Source: an uncultured Gemmataceae bacterium (GTDB lineage Bacteria; Planctomycetota; Planctomycetia; Gemmatales; Gemmataceae). From it: 64,000 nt of DNA. Numbering within the stretch: the stretch's first letter is position 1; the number at the start of each line of letters is the position of its first letter. The DNA lies in the NCBI GenBank assembly GCA_963750165.1, contig CAVVPN010000011.1, positions 512,001-576,000 of the forward strand. The letters run 5' to 3'. Shown in pieces: positions 10,709-19,684 of this stretch. Made by a program: the position numbers and the translations under genes. The notes beneath the pieces are model-generated. The model was given only the letters and a program-made list of their open reading frames with translations, was not told the origin of the DNA and searched no databases.

Positions 10709-11626
10709 TTACTGTCCCGCCCAACCGGTCCCCTTCTCGAACACCTCAATGACGCCCTGGAGCACGACGACGGTGCCCGCGTTGTTGCCGGTCACCATGT
10801 TGCGGATCGGCATGGTGACATCCACAGTCAGGGTGTTGTTGCCATTCTGGGTGACATCGACGACACGATAGAAATAGCTGTTGGGGATACCGTTCGCCCC
10901 CAGCGAGGCGTCGAGGAGCCAGTCCCCCGGACGCAGCGGCGGCACCACCTGGCCAGCGTAATTAAGCACCACCGTTTTGCTGTTGGCGGTGAACGTGGCG
11001 CTGTACGGAAACTCGGGGGCCTGCAGGTTGGTGGCGAGCGTGGGCCGGTCCTTGTACACCACCACGGCCAGCTCCACCAGGGGCTGGTCGAGGCGCGGCT
11101 TGCGGAACATGTAGGCCCAGGTGTATTTGCCCTCGCGGACGCCGCCGCCCGTCAGCAGGCCGTTGTTGCCGAACTGGTCATCGTCCAGCATCATGAACCA
11201 GCGTTCCGTCAAGCCGATGCCCGCGTTGAGCGGCGGCCGCGAAATGCGGATGGCCTGGTTGCCGCCCACCCAGTTCTGCCCCACCCCGCCGTAGCTTGAC
11301 CGGCCGATGTAATCGAGGTACACCGGATACCCTGGCCCGTATTGCGTGGCTGTACTGGTCAGCAGATTGGGCAGCGGGTTGGCAACCTGATTGACGGCGG
11401 CCGAGGGGTTGTAGAACGCCTGAGTGATGTTGGCGTCATGGCGGAAGTCGCGGACAATGGCACTGGCGGTGGCGGTGGCGCCGGACTCGGCGGCGCGTTC
11501 GTCCTGGATCGCCTGCGCCATGCGCAGCGCCCCCAGCGGGAACAGCGTCAGCAGCGCCATCAGGCCAATGCCCATGATGAAGATGGCGACCAGCACTTCC
11601 ACAAGCGTCACGGCGTCACGGCGCAC
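10709..11626 (-). CDS. Prepilin-type protein (PilV/GspI-like)
   Basis: GTG start after AAGGAG; RRDA-VTLVEVLVAIFIMGIGLMAL. Confidence 0.8.
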   Translation of the reverse strand: MRRDAVTLVEVLVAIFIMGIGLMALLTLFPLGALRMAQAIQDERAAESGATATASAIVRDFRHDANITQAFYNPSAAVNQVANPLPNLLTSTATQYGPGYPVYLDYIGRSSYGGVGQNWVGGNQAIRISRPPLNAGIGLTERWFMMLDDDQFGNNGLLTGGGVREGKYTWAYMFRKPRLDQPLVELAVVVYKDRPTLATNLQAPEFPYSATFTANSKTVVLNYAGQVVPPLRPGDWLLDASLGANGIPNSYFYRVVDVTQNGNNTLTVDVTMPIRNMVTGNNAGTVVVLQGVIEVFEKGTGWAGQ

Positions 11627-11643
11627 GGCGGTCTCCTTTTGGC

Positions 11644-12579
11644 TTACTGGGCGGACGAACGGCCGTCCCGAGCGTAGCTGTACGGGTCGGTGCCAGCGGG
11701 GTTGGCGGGGTGGGCGGCGGTCAGTCCGGTGCGCGGGTAGACCGCGAGGAGCGTGTCGTCGCCGTTGAACAGCGTCTTGGTGCCGTCGCGCACCCACAGG
11801 AAAATGGGCGTTTCGGTGACGCCCGCGCCGATCACCGCCCCGGACGGCGCGAACAGCACGTCGATGCAGTTGTCGGTGAGGTTGACCGGCAACGGGGCCG
11901 GGATGCCGAGGCCGGTGTACGTCGTGTTGGTTTGCAGATCGACGATGATGTCGGTCGGCAACAGGATCGGCTCCTCGCCGATGACGCGCGGCTGGCGGAT
12001 GATGCGAAACTGGTTCGGCACCGGGCCGGTGGCCGGCACCGGCGACTGGGCGGTGGCGAATGGGAACGGCGTGTTCACCAGCACCTGATTGCAGACGCCG
12101 CCGTTGTTGACCAGCGCGGTGATGCGCCGCACCTGGCCGGCGTTGCGCAGCTCGATGTAGTCGCCGACCTGGACCGGGTTGCGCGGGTCGTTCGGGCCGA
12201 AGCCGCCGTACAGGTCGATGGTGGTTTCCAGGAAGGTCACCGAGGACAGGTTGGTCGCCGGGACGTACGCGCGGCCGCCGAAAAAGTCCGCCGGCTGCTG
12301 GATGTACTGCATTTCCGTGACCTGCGTGGGGTTAGACGGGTCGCGCAGGAAGCGGACGCCGTAGGGCCGTCCGCTGCGCAGGGCTTCGCTGCGGGCGACC
12401 TGCAGCGTGTTCTGCACGACGCTGGCGCCCGCGGCGGCGTTGGCGCCCGAACTGTTGAACGCCGTCAGGAAGGCGACGGTGATCCCGGCCAGCACCGCGA
12501 TGATGGTAATCACCACGACCAGTTCGATCAGCGTGTAGGCCGGGCGGCGGGCGAACGTACCGGCGGCGGCGCGCGTCAT
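11644..12579 (-). CDS. Prepilin-type protein (FimT/GspH-like)
   Basis: RRPA-YTLIELVVVITII; ARSEA motif and LFAPSG typical of the GspH/FimT class. Confidence 0.85.
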   Translation of the reverse strand: MTRAAAGTFARRPAYTLIELVVVITIIAVLAGITVAFLTAFNSSGANAAAGASVVQNTLQVARSEALRSGRPYGVRFLRDPSNPTQVTEMQYIQQPADFFGGRAYVPATNLSSVTFLETTIDLYGGFGPNDPRNPVQVGDYIELRNAGQVRRITALVNNGGVCNQVLVNTPFPFATAQSPVPATGPVPNQFRIIRQPRVIGEEPILLPTDIIVDLQTNTTYTGLGIPAPLPVNLTDNCIDVLFAPSGAVIGAGVTETPIFLWVRDGTKTLFNGDDTLLAVYPRTGLTAAHPANPAGTDPYSYARDGRSSAQ

Positions 12580-12612
12580 TGTGGTTTCCCCGAACGGTGC
12601 CTGCTCCGCGGT

Positions 12613-13539
12613 TCAGCGGAGCGTGTAACTGTAAATGTTGTCATTGATGTTGGTGTTGTTCGCGGGGCTGGTGGTCAGCGTCGTGGGGTCCAGGCCCAGC
12701 ACGCCATCGCGGCCGCCCGAGGCGATCACCGGGATGATGAAGGCGCCGTTGGCGCCGCCGCCGACCGCCGTGGCCGGCTTGATGATGTGGCACAGCGCCT
12801 CAAACTGTTGGCGCTGGGCCGTGTTGTACCAGACCGGATTCAACAGCGTGCCGTCGGGATCGAGCGGATCACGCGACCTGTAATCGCGCGAGTTGACCGT
12901 CGCCGGATTGCTGGCGTCCACCGCGGCGCTGCCGGTCGGCCAGCGGCAGAACAGCACGGGGTTGCCCCAACTATCGATGATCTCCTTGAAGCCGTCGTTA
13001 TCGGTGTCGAGGACGTTATTGGCGCCGAGATCGTCTTCGCTCATCGCCTTGCCGCCGCGGTTCCGTTTCAGCGACAACAGCAGCAGGGCCGCCGACGCGC
13101 TGTTGGCGTTGAGGTTCTGGATGTTGGGCACCGTCGTATAGAGCGGATTCAAATCGGTGACGCCCGCCAGGCTCGCGACAATGGTGGAGGGGTGCAGCGT
13201 GGCCTCGGCGAGGGTCTCCGGGAATTCCTGACGGAGCCGGAGTTTCTTCCAGATGACGCGGGCCCGGTTCATGTCATTGCCGGCCAGGGTCACCACCGCT
13301 GTCGGGATGGACTCGTCGTCCGTCTTCTTGAGCACGAGCTTGACCTGGCGGTCAAGTTCCTTCTTGACCTTCTGGATGGTCGCCTCGGTGGTCTGCTGTT
13401 TGCCGGTGTCGATCCAGCGCAGCACCGCCACGCTCGTCAGGCTGGCGAGCACCGCGATGATGGCGAGCACGACCAGGATTTCGACGAGGGTAAAGCCCGG
13501 CCTGCCGCGCCGTCGGGCTCCCCGTGGCTGAGTCATCAT
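12613..13539 (-). CDS. Prepilin-type protein (GspG-like)
   Basis: RPG-FTLVEILVVLAII; DSWGNP and SGGRDG motifs. Confidence 0.85.
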   Translation of the reverse strand: MMTQPRGARRRGRPGFTLVEILVVLAIIAVLASLTSVAVLRWIDTGKQQTTEATIQKVKKELDRQVKLVLKKTDDESIPTAVVTLAGNDMNRARVIWKKLRLRQEFPETLAEATLHPSTIVASLAGVTDLNPLYTTVPNIQNLNANSASAALLLLSLKRNRGGKAMSEDDLGANNVLDTDNDGFKEIIDSWGNPVLFCRWPTGSAAVDASNPATVNSRDYRSRDPLDPDGTLLNPVWYNTAQRQQFEALCHIIKPATAVGGGANGAFIIPVIASGGRDGVLGLDPTTLTTSPANNTNINDNIYSYTLR

Positions 13540-13552
13540 GCTGGCTCTCCTC

Positions 13553-14395
13553 TTACTGGGTCGCGCCCATCACCAGGGGATAGAAGTTCGTCATATCGTC
13601 CTTGCCGTTGATCCCGGCGTTCGTCGTCGCGGTTGCCGGCGCCCACAGGCCGCCCGTGCCGAACACCTGGTCCGCTCCGGCCGTGATGATCTGATAGGTT
13701 TCCGGGTTGTAATACTGGCCGACGTTGTTGACATTGTTCAGGTACGGCTGCACGCTCAGGGCGCTGCAGTCGCTGGCGCCATAGCGGTTGTAGCCGTTGG
13801 GCGTGTTGTAACAGCTGAAGTAGGCGAAGGGCTGCTTGCCCCACGGGTCGATGTAGATCTGGAACTTGGCGTTCACGGTGCTGGCCTGCAGGCGGCCCGG
13901 CTGGAAGGTGTAGAACGGCCCCAGTCTGTTGTTGCCCAGGCCGGTCTGCCCGATGGTCGTGTCGAAGCCCGCCCCCCTCGGCCCTTGCAGGAAATACACC
14001 AGGCACTCCTGGCCCTGCAGGATGTAGGTGGCACCGGTCGCGGGGACGCCGGCCCAGTTGAAGGTGGCCCCGGCGACGAAGTTGCCGCGCGGGAACATCT
14101 TCCGCAGGAACGCCTGGGAATCCTGGTCGAGCTGGGTGTTGCCGTAATTGCTCCAGTTCTCGCACAGCTTGATCTGGCTGGGCGGGTAGGCGCCGACCTT
14201 GCTGTAGAACGACTTCAGCGCGACATCGAGATTCGTGATGTCGGAGCGTGCCTGGACCTCGGGGCCTCTGCTGAGGAACTTCATCACTGCCGCCAGGGTC
14301 AGCCCGGCGAGGATGGTGATAATGGCGATGACGACCAGCAGCTCGATCAGCGTGAACGCCTGCCGCCCGCTGCGCCGGGGGGGTGCTAACCTCAT
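13553..14395 (-). CDS. Prepilin-type protein (GspG-like)
   Basis: RQA-FTLIELLVVIAII; DPWG and TAGADQ motifs. Confidence 0.85.
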   Translation of the reverse strand: MRLAPPRRSGRQAFTLIELLVVIAIITILAGLTLAAVMKFLSRGPEVQARSDITNLDVALKSFYSKVGAYPPSQIKLCENWSNYGNTQLDQDSQAFLRKMFPRGNFVAGATFNWAGVPATGATYILQGQECLVYFLQGPRGAGFDTTIGQTGLGNNRLGPFYTFQPGRLQASTVNAKFQIYIDPWGKQPFAYFSCYNTPNGYNRYGASDCSALSVQPYLNNVNNVGQYYNPETYQIITAGADQVFGTGGLWAPATATTNAGINGKDDMTNFYPLVMGATQ

Positions 14396-14411
14396 GGCTT
14401 CGATCTCCCTT

Positions 14412-14505
14412 GGTCAGAGGTCAGAGTTCAGGGGTCAGAAAGAGCGCTAAGCCGCTTGCGGCAGAAAAGACAGTCTGACCTCTGAGCTCTGACCTCTGAC
14501 CTCTG
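14412..14505. repeat. Inverted heptamer tandem repeat (GGTCAGA)n...(TCTGACC)n
   Basis: About 4 degenerate copies facing 4-5 reverse-complement copies between pilC and the first prepilin. Confidence 0.8.
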
Positions 14506-15759
14506 CTATTTCTTGCCGCCGCCCAGGCCCTCCAGCAGGCCCAGCAGCGGCATGAACAGTGCGATGACGATGGTGCCGACGATGCCGCCCAGGATGACGA
14601 TCATGATTGGCTCGAGCAGGCTGATCAGCGCCTCGACGAGCACGTCCACTTCCTCGTCGTACACGTCGGCGACCTTGTTGAGCATGCTGTCGAGGTCGCC
14701 GGTCTCCTCGCCGACGTCGATCATGTTGACAACCATGTCGTCCACCAGGTGGCTCTTCTTGAGCGGCACCGCGATGGTCTCGCCCTCGCGGATCGACTCG
14801 TAGACGCGCTGGTACATATCCTCGAAGACCGCGTTCATGCACGTTTCGCGGACAATGGCCAGCGCCTCCAGGATCGGCACGCCGGAACTGATGAGCGTGC
14901 CCAGCGTGCGCATGGTGCGGGCGACGATGGTCTTTTCGATGAGGTTGCCCATGATGGGCACGTACAAGAATAGCTTATCCAGGATCCAGTTGCCGGTTTT
15001 GTTCAGGCGGACGAGTTTGATCATCAGCCACCAGGCCAGCGGGAACAGCGGCAGCACATACCAGTACTTCACGAACCAGCGCGACGTGTCGATCAGCGCC
15101 TGCGTCAGGAACGGCAACTTGAGGCGGAAGTCCGCGAAGATCTTCTCGAACTTCGGGATGATAAAGATCATGATGCCGGTGAGGATCAGCACGGCCACGG
15201 TGATGACCACGGCCGGGTAGACCATGGCGCCGGTGATGCGGCGCTTGAGGCTCTGCGCCTTCTCCTTGAAGTCGGCCAGGCGCTTGAGAATGATTTCCAA
15301 CGCGCCGCCGGCCTCACCGGCCCGGACCATGTTCACGTACAGCCGGTCGAAGCACTTGGGGTGCTTGCCGAACGCCTCGCTGAGCGTGCTGCCGGATTCC
15401 ACATCATCAACCACGTCGATGAGTGAGTTCTTGAGCACGCCCGGCTTCATTTGATGTTCGAGAATTTTCAGGCTGCGCAGCACCGGCAGGCCGGCGTCCT
15501 GCAACGTCGAGAACTGGCGCGTGAACTGCACCAGCGCCTTGGCGTTGACGCCGCCAATGGTGAAGACCTTGCCCTTCTTCTTTTTGCCGACCTTCTTGGT
15601 CTTGTCGCGGGTCTTCTTGCCGGCCACCTCCGTGATCTTGGTCACGAAGTAGCCCATCTGGCGGATCTTCTGCTGGGCTTCCTCTTCGCTCATGGCATCG
15701 ACGGAGTCCTTGACTTCTCCGCCGGTCGTGTCCATGGCCTCGAACTTGAACGTTGGCAT
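14506..15759 (-). CDS. pilC: Type IV pilus / T2SS platform protein PilC/GspF
   Basis: FTRQFSTLQDAGLP, NMVRAGEAGG, VGEETGDLD and LLEP motifs; 417 aa. Confidence 0.92.
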   Translation of the reverse strand: MPTFKFEAMDTTGGEVKDSVDAMSEEEAQQKIRQMGYFVTKITEVAGKKTRDKTKKVGKKKKGKVFTIGGVNAKALVQFTRQFSTLQDAGLPVLRSLKILEHQMKPGVLKNSLIDVVDDVESGSTLSEAFGKHPKCFDRLYVNMVRAGEAGGALEIILKRLADFKEKAQSLKRRITGAMVYPAVVITVAVLILTGIMIFIIPKFEKIFADFRLKLPFLTQALIDTSRWFVKYWYVLPLFPLAWWLMIKLVRLNKTGNWILDKLFLYVPIMGNLIEKTIVARTMRTLGTLISSGVPILEALAIVRETCMNAVFEDMYQRVYESIREGETIAVPLKKSHLVDDMVVNMIDVGEETGDLDSMLNKVADVYDEEVDVLVEALISLLEPIMIVILGGIVGTIVIALFMPLLGLLEGLGGGKK

Positions 15760-15778
15760 GGTGAAACCTCAGGGTCTG

Positions 15779-15839
15779 TCGTAGTGCAGGCGGCCCGCCT
15801 GCACAGGCAGGAAGTGCAGGCGGGCCGCCTGCACTACGA
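15779..15839. repeat. GTAG-type REP doublet
   Basis: TCGTAGTGCAGGCGGCCCGCCTGCAC and its exact reverse complement. Confidence 0.85.
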
Positions 15840-15847
15840 GTTCGCCG

Positions 15848-17941
15848 TTACATTTCGTCTTCCAGCACGGTCTCGCGCACCACCTCCTCAATGGTGGTGA
15901 CGCCATTGAAGATCGCCCGCAGGCCAGACTCGCGCAGCGTCGTCATCCCCTGCTTGCGGCAGGCGACGCGCAGCTGGTCCGTGGACGCGCCCGCCGAAAT
16001 CATGTCGCGCAGTTCGTCATTCATCAGCACCAGTTCGTGGATGCCGGTGCGGCCGCGGTGGCCGGTGTTGTTGCAGCGCTCGCAACCCTTGCCGTAGAAG
16101 CACTTCTTGCCCTTGATGTCGTCCGGCCGCAGTTGCAGTTCCATCAGCAGTTCCGAACTCGGCTCGTACTCGGTGCGGCAATCCTCGCAGATTTTGCGCA
16201 CCAGCCGCTGCGCCAGAATGCTCTCGACCGTCGCCGTAATCAGGTACGACTCCAGTCCCATGTCGCGCAAGCGCGTGATGGTGCCGGGCGCGTCGTTGGT
16301 ATGCAACGTGCTGAAGACCATGTGCCCCGTCAACGCCGCCTGCACGGCGATCTGCGCCGTCTCCAGGTCGCGGATTTCGCCCACCAGAATCTTGTCGGGG
16401 TCCTGCCGCAAAATGCTGCGCAGCGCCGCGGCGAACGTCATGCCGATCTCCGAGTTGATTGGCACCTGAATGATGCCGTCAATGTCGTACTCCACGGGGT
16501 CTTCCGTGGTGATGATCTTCTCGGTGATCTCGTTCAATTCGTTGAGCGCCGAGTACAACGTGGTGGTCTTGCCCGAACCGGTTGGCCCGGTCACCAGCAC
16601 GATGCCGTTGGGCTTGTGGATCATCTCGCGGAACTGGGCGATCGTCTCGGCGTTCATGCCGACCTTGTTGAGGTCGAGCGACACGACCGTGCGGTCCAGC
16701 ACGCGGATGACGGCGCTCTCGCCGAACATGGTCGGCAGAATGCTGACGCGCATGTCCACCTGGTTGCCGCCGACGTTCAACTCGATGCGGCCGTCCTGCG
16801 GCATGCGCCGCTCGGCGATGTCGAGGTTGGCCATGACCTTGATGCGGCTGGAGATGGCCGCGGCCAGATGGCGCGGCGGCGGCACCATCTCATACAGCAC
16901 GCCATCGCAGCGCATGCGAATCTTGTACTCGTCCTCGAACGGCTCGAAGTGGATGTCGCTGGCGTGATCCTTGATGCCCAGCAGCATCACCATGTTGAGC
17001 AACTTGCGGACGGGAGCGGCGTCCTGAATTTCCATCAGGCTGGCCAGATCGACGCTGGTTTCGTTCTTGCGGACGTGCAGGCCGGGGTCGTCTTCCAGGG
17101 CCTTGATGATGTCCATGATGGACTCTTCCTTGCCCGCGTAGGCCCTGGTGATGGCCTCGGCGAGCAGCACCTGCGGCGCGAGCAGGGCCTGCACTTCCTT
17201 GACACCGCTCAGGAAGCCGCGCATGTCGTCCAGGCCCTGGATGCTGGCGGGATCGCCGATGACCACGGTCAGCACGCCGTCCTTGAACGACAGCGGCAGA
17301 ATCTTGTAGACGCCGGCCATCGTCTCGGTGACGAGCGTCACGGCCTCGGGCGTCGGCTTGACCTCGGCGAGGTTGGCGACCTTCAGGCCGTGCTGCTCGG
17401 CCAGTGCCTGCAACAGTTGCTCCTCGGTAATCAGGCCGCGGGCCTGGGCAACCTGGCCGGTCAGGACGCCAGTGTTCTTGGCCTCGTCGAGAATTTCCCA
17501 CAGCTGGGCGTCGTCGATGAAGCCGAGATCGACGAGCACCTGGCCGATCTTGCGACCGCCGCCGTCGCGGTCGCTTTTGGTGGCCTTGGTCGGCTTGGTC
17601 ACCTTGGACAGGTCCTTCTTGGCGGGCGGCTTGCCCGCGGGGGTCTTGCCGGTGGGCGCTGGCGGCTGCTTGGCCGCGGGGGCGCTGCCGTTAGCCGGTT
17701 TTACGGCGGGCTTGTCGGTCGCCGGCGGTTGCTTGGCGGCCGGGGTCGGCGGCTTGGCGGTGGGCTTGTCGCCGCTGCTGACCAACTTGCCCGGCAGCGG
17801 CGCCTTACCCGGGACGGGCGGTTGGGCCGGCTTCGGCGCCGGCTGCTTGGCGGCGTCAGCGGGCGGCTTGCCCGCGGCGGGTTGGGCCGGCGGCTGTCCC
17901 TGCGGTTTCCGGGGCTGATTCGGGTCGTTTGGTGTGGCCAT
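15848..17941 (-). CDS. pilB: PilB/GspE assembly ATPase with Pro/Ala/Lys-rich N-terminal extension
   Basis: Walker A GPTGSGKT, RQDPD, STLHTND, tetra-Cys CxxC..CxxC. Confidence 0.9.
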   Translation of the reverse strand: MATPNDPNQPRKPQGQPPAQPAAGKPPADAAKQPAPKPAQPPVPGKAPLPGKLVSSGDKPTAKPPTPAAKQPPATDKPAVKPANGSAPAAKQPPAPTGKTPAGKPPAKKDLSKVTKPTKATKSDRDGGGRKIGQVLVDLGFIDDAQLWEILDEAKNTGVLTGQVAQARGLITEEQLLQALAEQHGLKVANLAEVKPTPEAVTLVTETMAGVYKILPLSFKDGVLTVVIGDPASIQGLDDMRGFLSGVKEVQALLAPQVLLAEAITRAYAGKEESIMDIIKALEDDPGLHVRKNETSVDLASLMEIQDAAPVRKLLNMVMLLGIKDHASDIHFEPFEDEYKIRMRCDGVLYEMVPPPRHLAAAISSRIKVMANLDIAERRMPQDGRIELNVGGNQVDMRVSILPTMFGESAVIRVLDRTVVSLDLNKVGMNAETIAQFREMIHKPNGIVLVTGPTGSGKTTTLYSALNELNEITEKIITTEDPVEYDIDGIIQVPINSEIGMTFAAALRSILRQDPDKILVGEIRDLETAQIAVQAALTGHMVFSTLHTNDAPGTITRLRDMGLESYLITATVESILAQRLVRKICEDCRTEYEPSSELLMELQLRPDDIKGKKCFYGKGCERCNNTGHRGRTGIHELVLMNDELRDMISAGASTDQLRVACRKQGMTTLRESGLRAIFNGVTTIEEVVRETVLEDEM

Positions 17942-18002
17942 GCTCTACTCGTATCGCTTGTACGGATTGTTCTTTTTGCGCCGAGAATGTTTCCATTAGC
18001 CT

Positions 18003-18035
18003 GGCGAGCGGGGGGATTGACGTCCCCCGCTCGCC
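18003..18035. repeat. Short REP-like hairpin
   Basis: GGCGAGCGGGGG...CCCCCGCTCGCC; resembles the ends of 25111-25170. Confidence 0.65.
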
Positions 18036-18043
18036 TTTGCGGG

Positions 18044-19228
18044 TCAATCGTCGTCGTCATCATCATCGTCGTCATCGTCATCCCGACGACCGCGGCGGCG
18101 CGGACGATCATCATCGTCGTCATCGTCATCATCATCGTCATCGTCGTCATCCGCTTCGCCGCGTTCGGCGTGGAGGATGCGTGACGCCAGTTCCTGCGGT
18201 TTTTGCGCCTTGAGCAGTGCTTCTTCCTTGTCCACCAGGCCGTTGCGCCACAGGCGGAACAGGCTGTCGTCCAGCAGGAACATACCGTCCTTGGCGCCGG
18301 TCTGGATGCTGGAGTCGATGCGGTAGGTCTTGTTTTCGCGCATCAAGTTCTGGATGGCCGGCGTGACCACCATCATCTCGTAGGCGGCGATGACGCCCTC
18401 GGGCTTCTTGGGCAACAGCGTCTGCGACAACACGCCGATCAACGCCGTGGACAGCTGCGTGCGCACCTGGTCCTGCTGGTCCTTGGGGAACACGTCGATG
18501 ATACGGTTGACGGTGCTGGCTGCCCCGGAGGTGTGCAGGGTGCCGAAGACGACGTGACCGGTTTCGGCCGCCTCGATGGCCGCGTGGATCGTGGCCAGAT
18601 CGCGCATTTCGCCGACGAGGATGATGTCGGGGTCCATACGCAGGGCACGGCGGATGCCTTCCTTGAAGTCCGGCACGTCCACGCCGATCTCGCGCTGGTT
18701 GACCGTACACTTCTCGTGTTTGTGGTAATACTCGATCGGGTCTTCCAGCGTGATGATGTGACGGTCGTAGTTGTGGTTGAGGAAGTTAATCATGCTGGCC
18801 AGACTGGTGGTCTTGCCGGAACCGGTCGGCCCGGTGACCAGCAGCAGCCCGCGCGGCCGGACAATAAGGCGCTTGATGGCCTCGGGCATGCCGACCTGTT
18901 CAAAGCTCAAAAATTGACTGGGAATGCGTCGCAGCACCAAACCGATGTTGCCGCGCTGCTTGAAGACGGCCACGCGGAAGCGGTAGCCCTGCGTGAACTC
19001 GATGGCGAAGTCGGAGCCGCCTTTTTCTTGCAGTTCCTGCTGACAGCGGTCCGGCGTGATGGACTTCATCAGTGCGGTGGCGTCGTCGTTTTCGAGCACC
19101 TTGGTGGCCAGCCGGCGCATGCGGCCCTGATGGCGCACAACGGGGGGCTGGCCGACGCTGATGTGCAGATCGCTCGCCTTCAGGTCGATGACGGTCTGCA
19201 ACAGTTTTTCCATGAGAACGGAACTCAT
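18044..19228 (-). CDS. pilT: Type IV pilus retraction ATPase PilT with poly-Asp tail
   Basis: GPTGSGKTT, QREIG, ALRMDPD, AAETGH, AIQNLMRE (AIRNLIRE-like). Confidence 0.92.
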   Translation of the reverse strand: MSSVLMEKLLQTVIDLKASDLHISVGQPPVVRHQGRMRRLATKVLENDDATALMKSITPDRCQQELQEKGGSDFAIEFTQGYRFRVAVFKQRGNIGLVLRRIPSQFLSFEQVGMPEAIKRLIVRPRGLLLVTGPTGSGKTTSLASMINFLNHNYDRHIITLEDPIEYYHKHEKCTVNQREIGVDVPDFKEGIRRALRMDPDIILVGEMRDLATIHAAIEAAETGHVVFGTLHTSGAASTVNRIIDVFPKDQQDQVRTQLSTALIGVLSQTLLPKKPEGVIAAYEMMVVTPAIQNLMRENKTYRIDSSIQTGAKDGMFLLDDSLFRLWRNGLVDKEEALLKAQKPQELASRILHAERGEADDDDDDDDDDDDDDDRPRRRGRRDDDDDDDDDDDD

Positions 19229-19684
19229 TGCGTCCGCGCGTCCTTTTCCGTAAAGCTGGAATCCGTCGGGGACGGGAAAGACCCCGGGCACTCAACGGAC
19301 GGCCTTCCGGGAACAAGAGGGGCCCCGGGTGAGCGGCGCAGTCCGTTCAAGAATGGGCAAGCTGTCCTTGTTGATAGATTATCGCGCCCGTTTGGGGACA
19401 ATCAACGGTTTCTTGCAAAATTGGCAAAATCGCCCCGGCTTTCAAACGAAATACCTGTTTCGCCTTTACACCTCCCGTCTTGTTAACTCCCGGGAAACCG
19501 GTTCTACCCGTCGGCTCCGCGGGGCCAACTTCTGAGGCTTCCCGCCTCAACTGAGCCAGGGATGGACGGCCACCCCAGCCCCGCATTGTCGTCGAGCAGG
19601 TTCGGCAACCCCAGGGAGGGCGGGCCGGCGCGATCCAGTCAGCCGCCGCACCAGCCCGCTCGCTTTCCCTGGAACGATGAGCGC

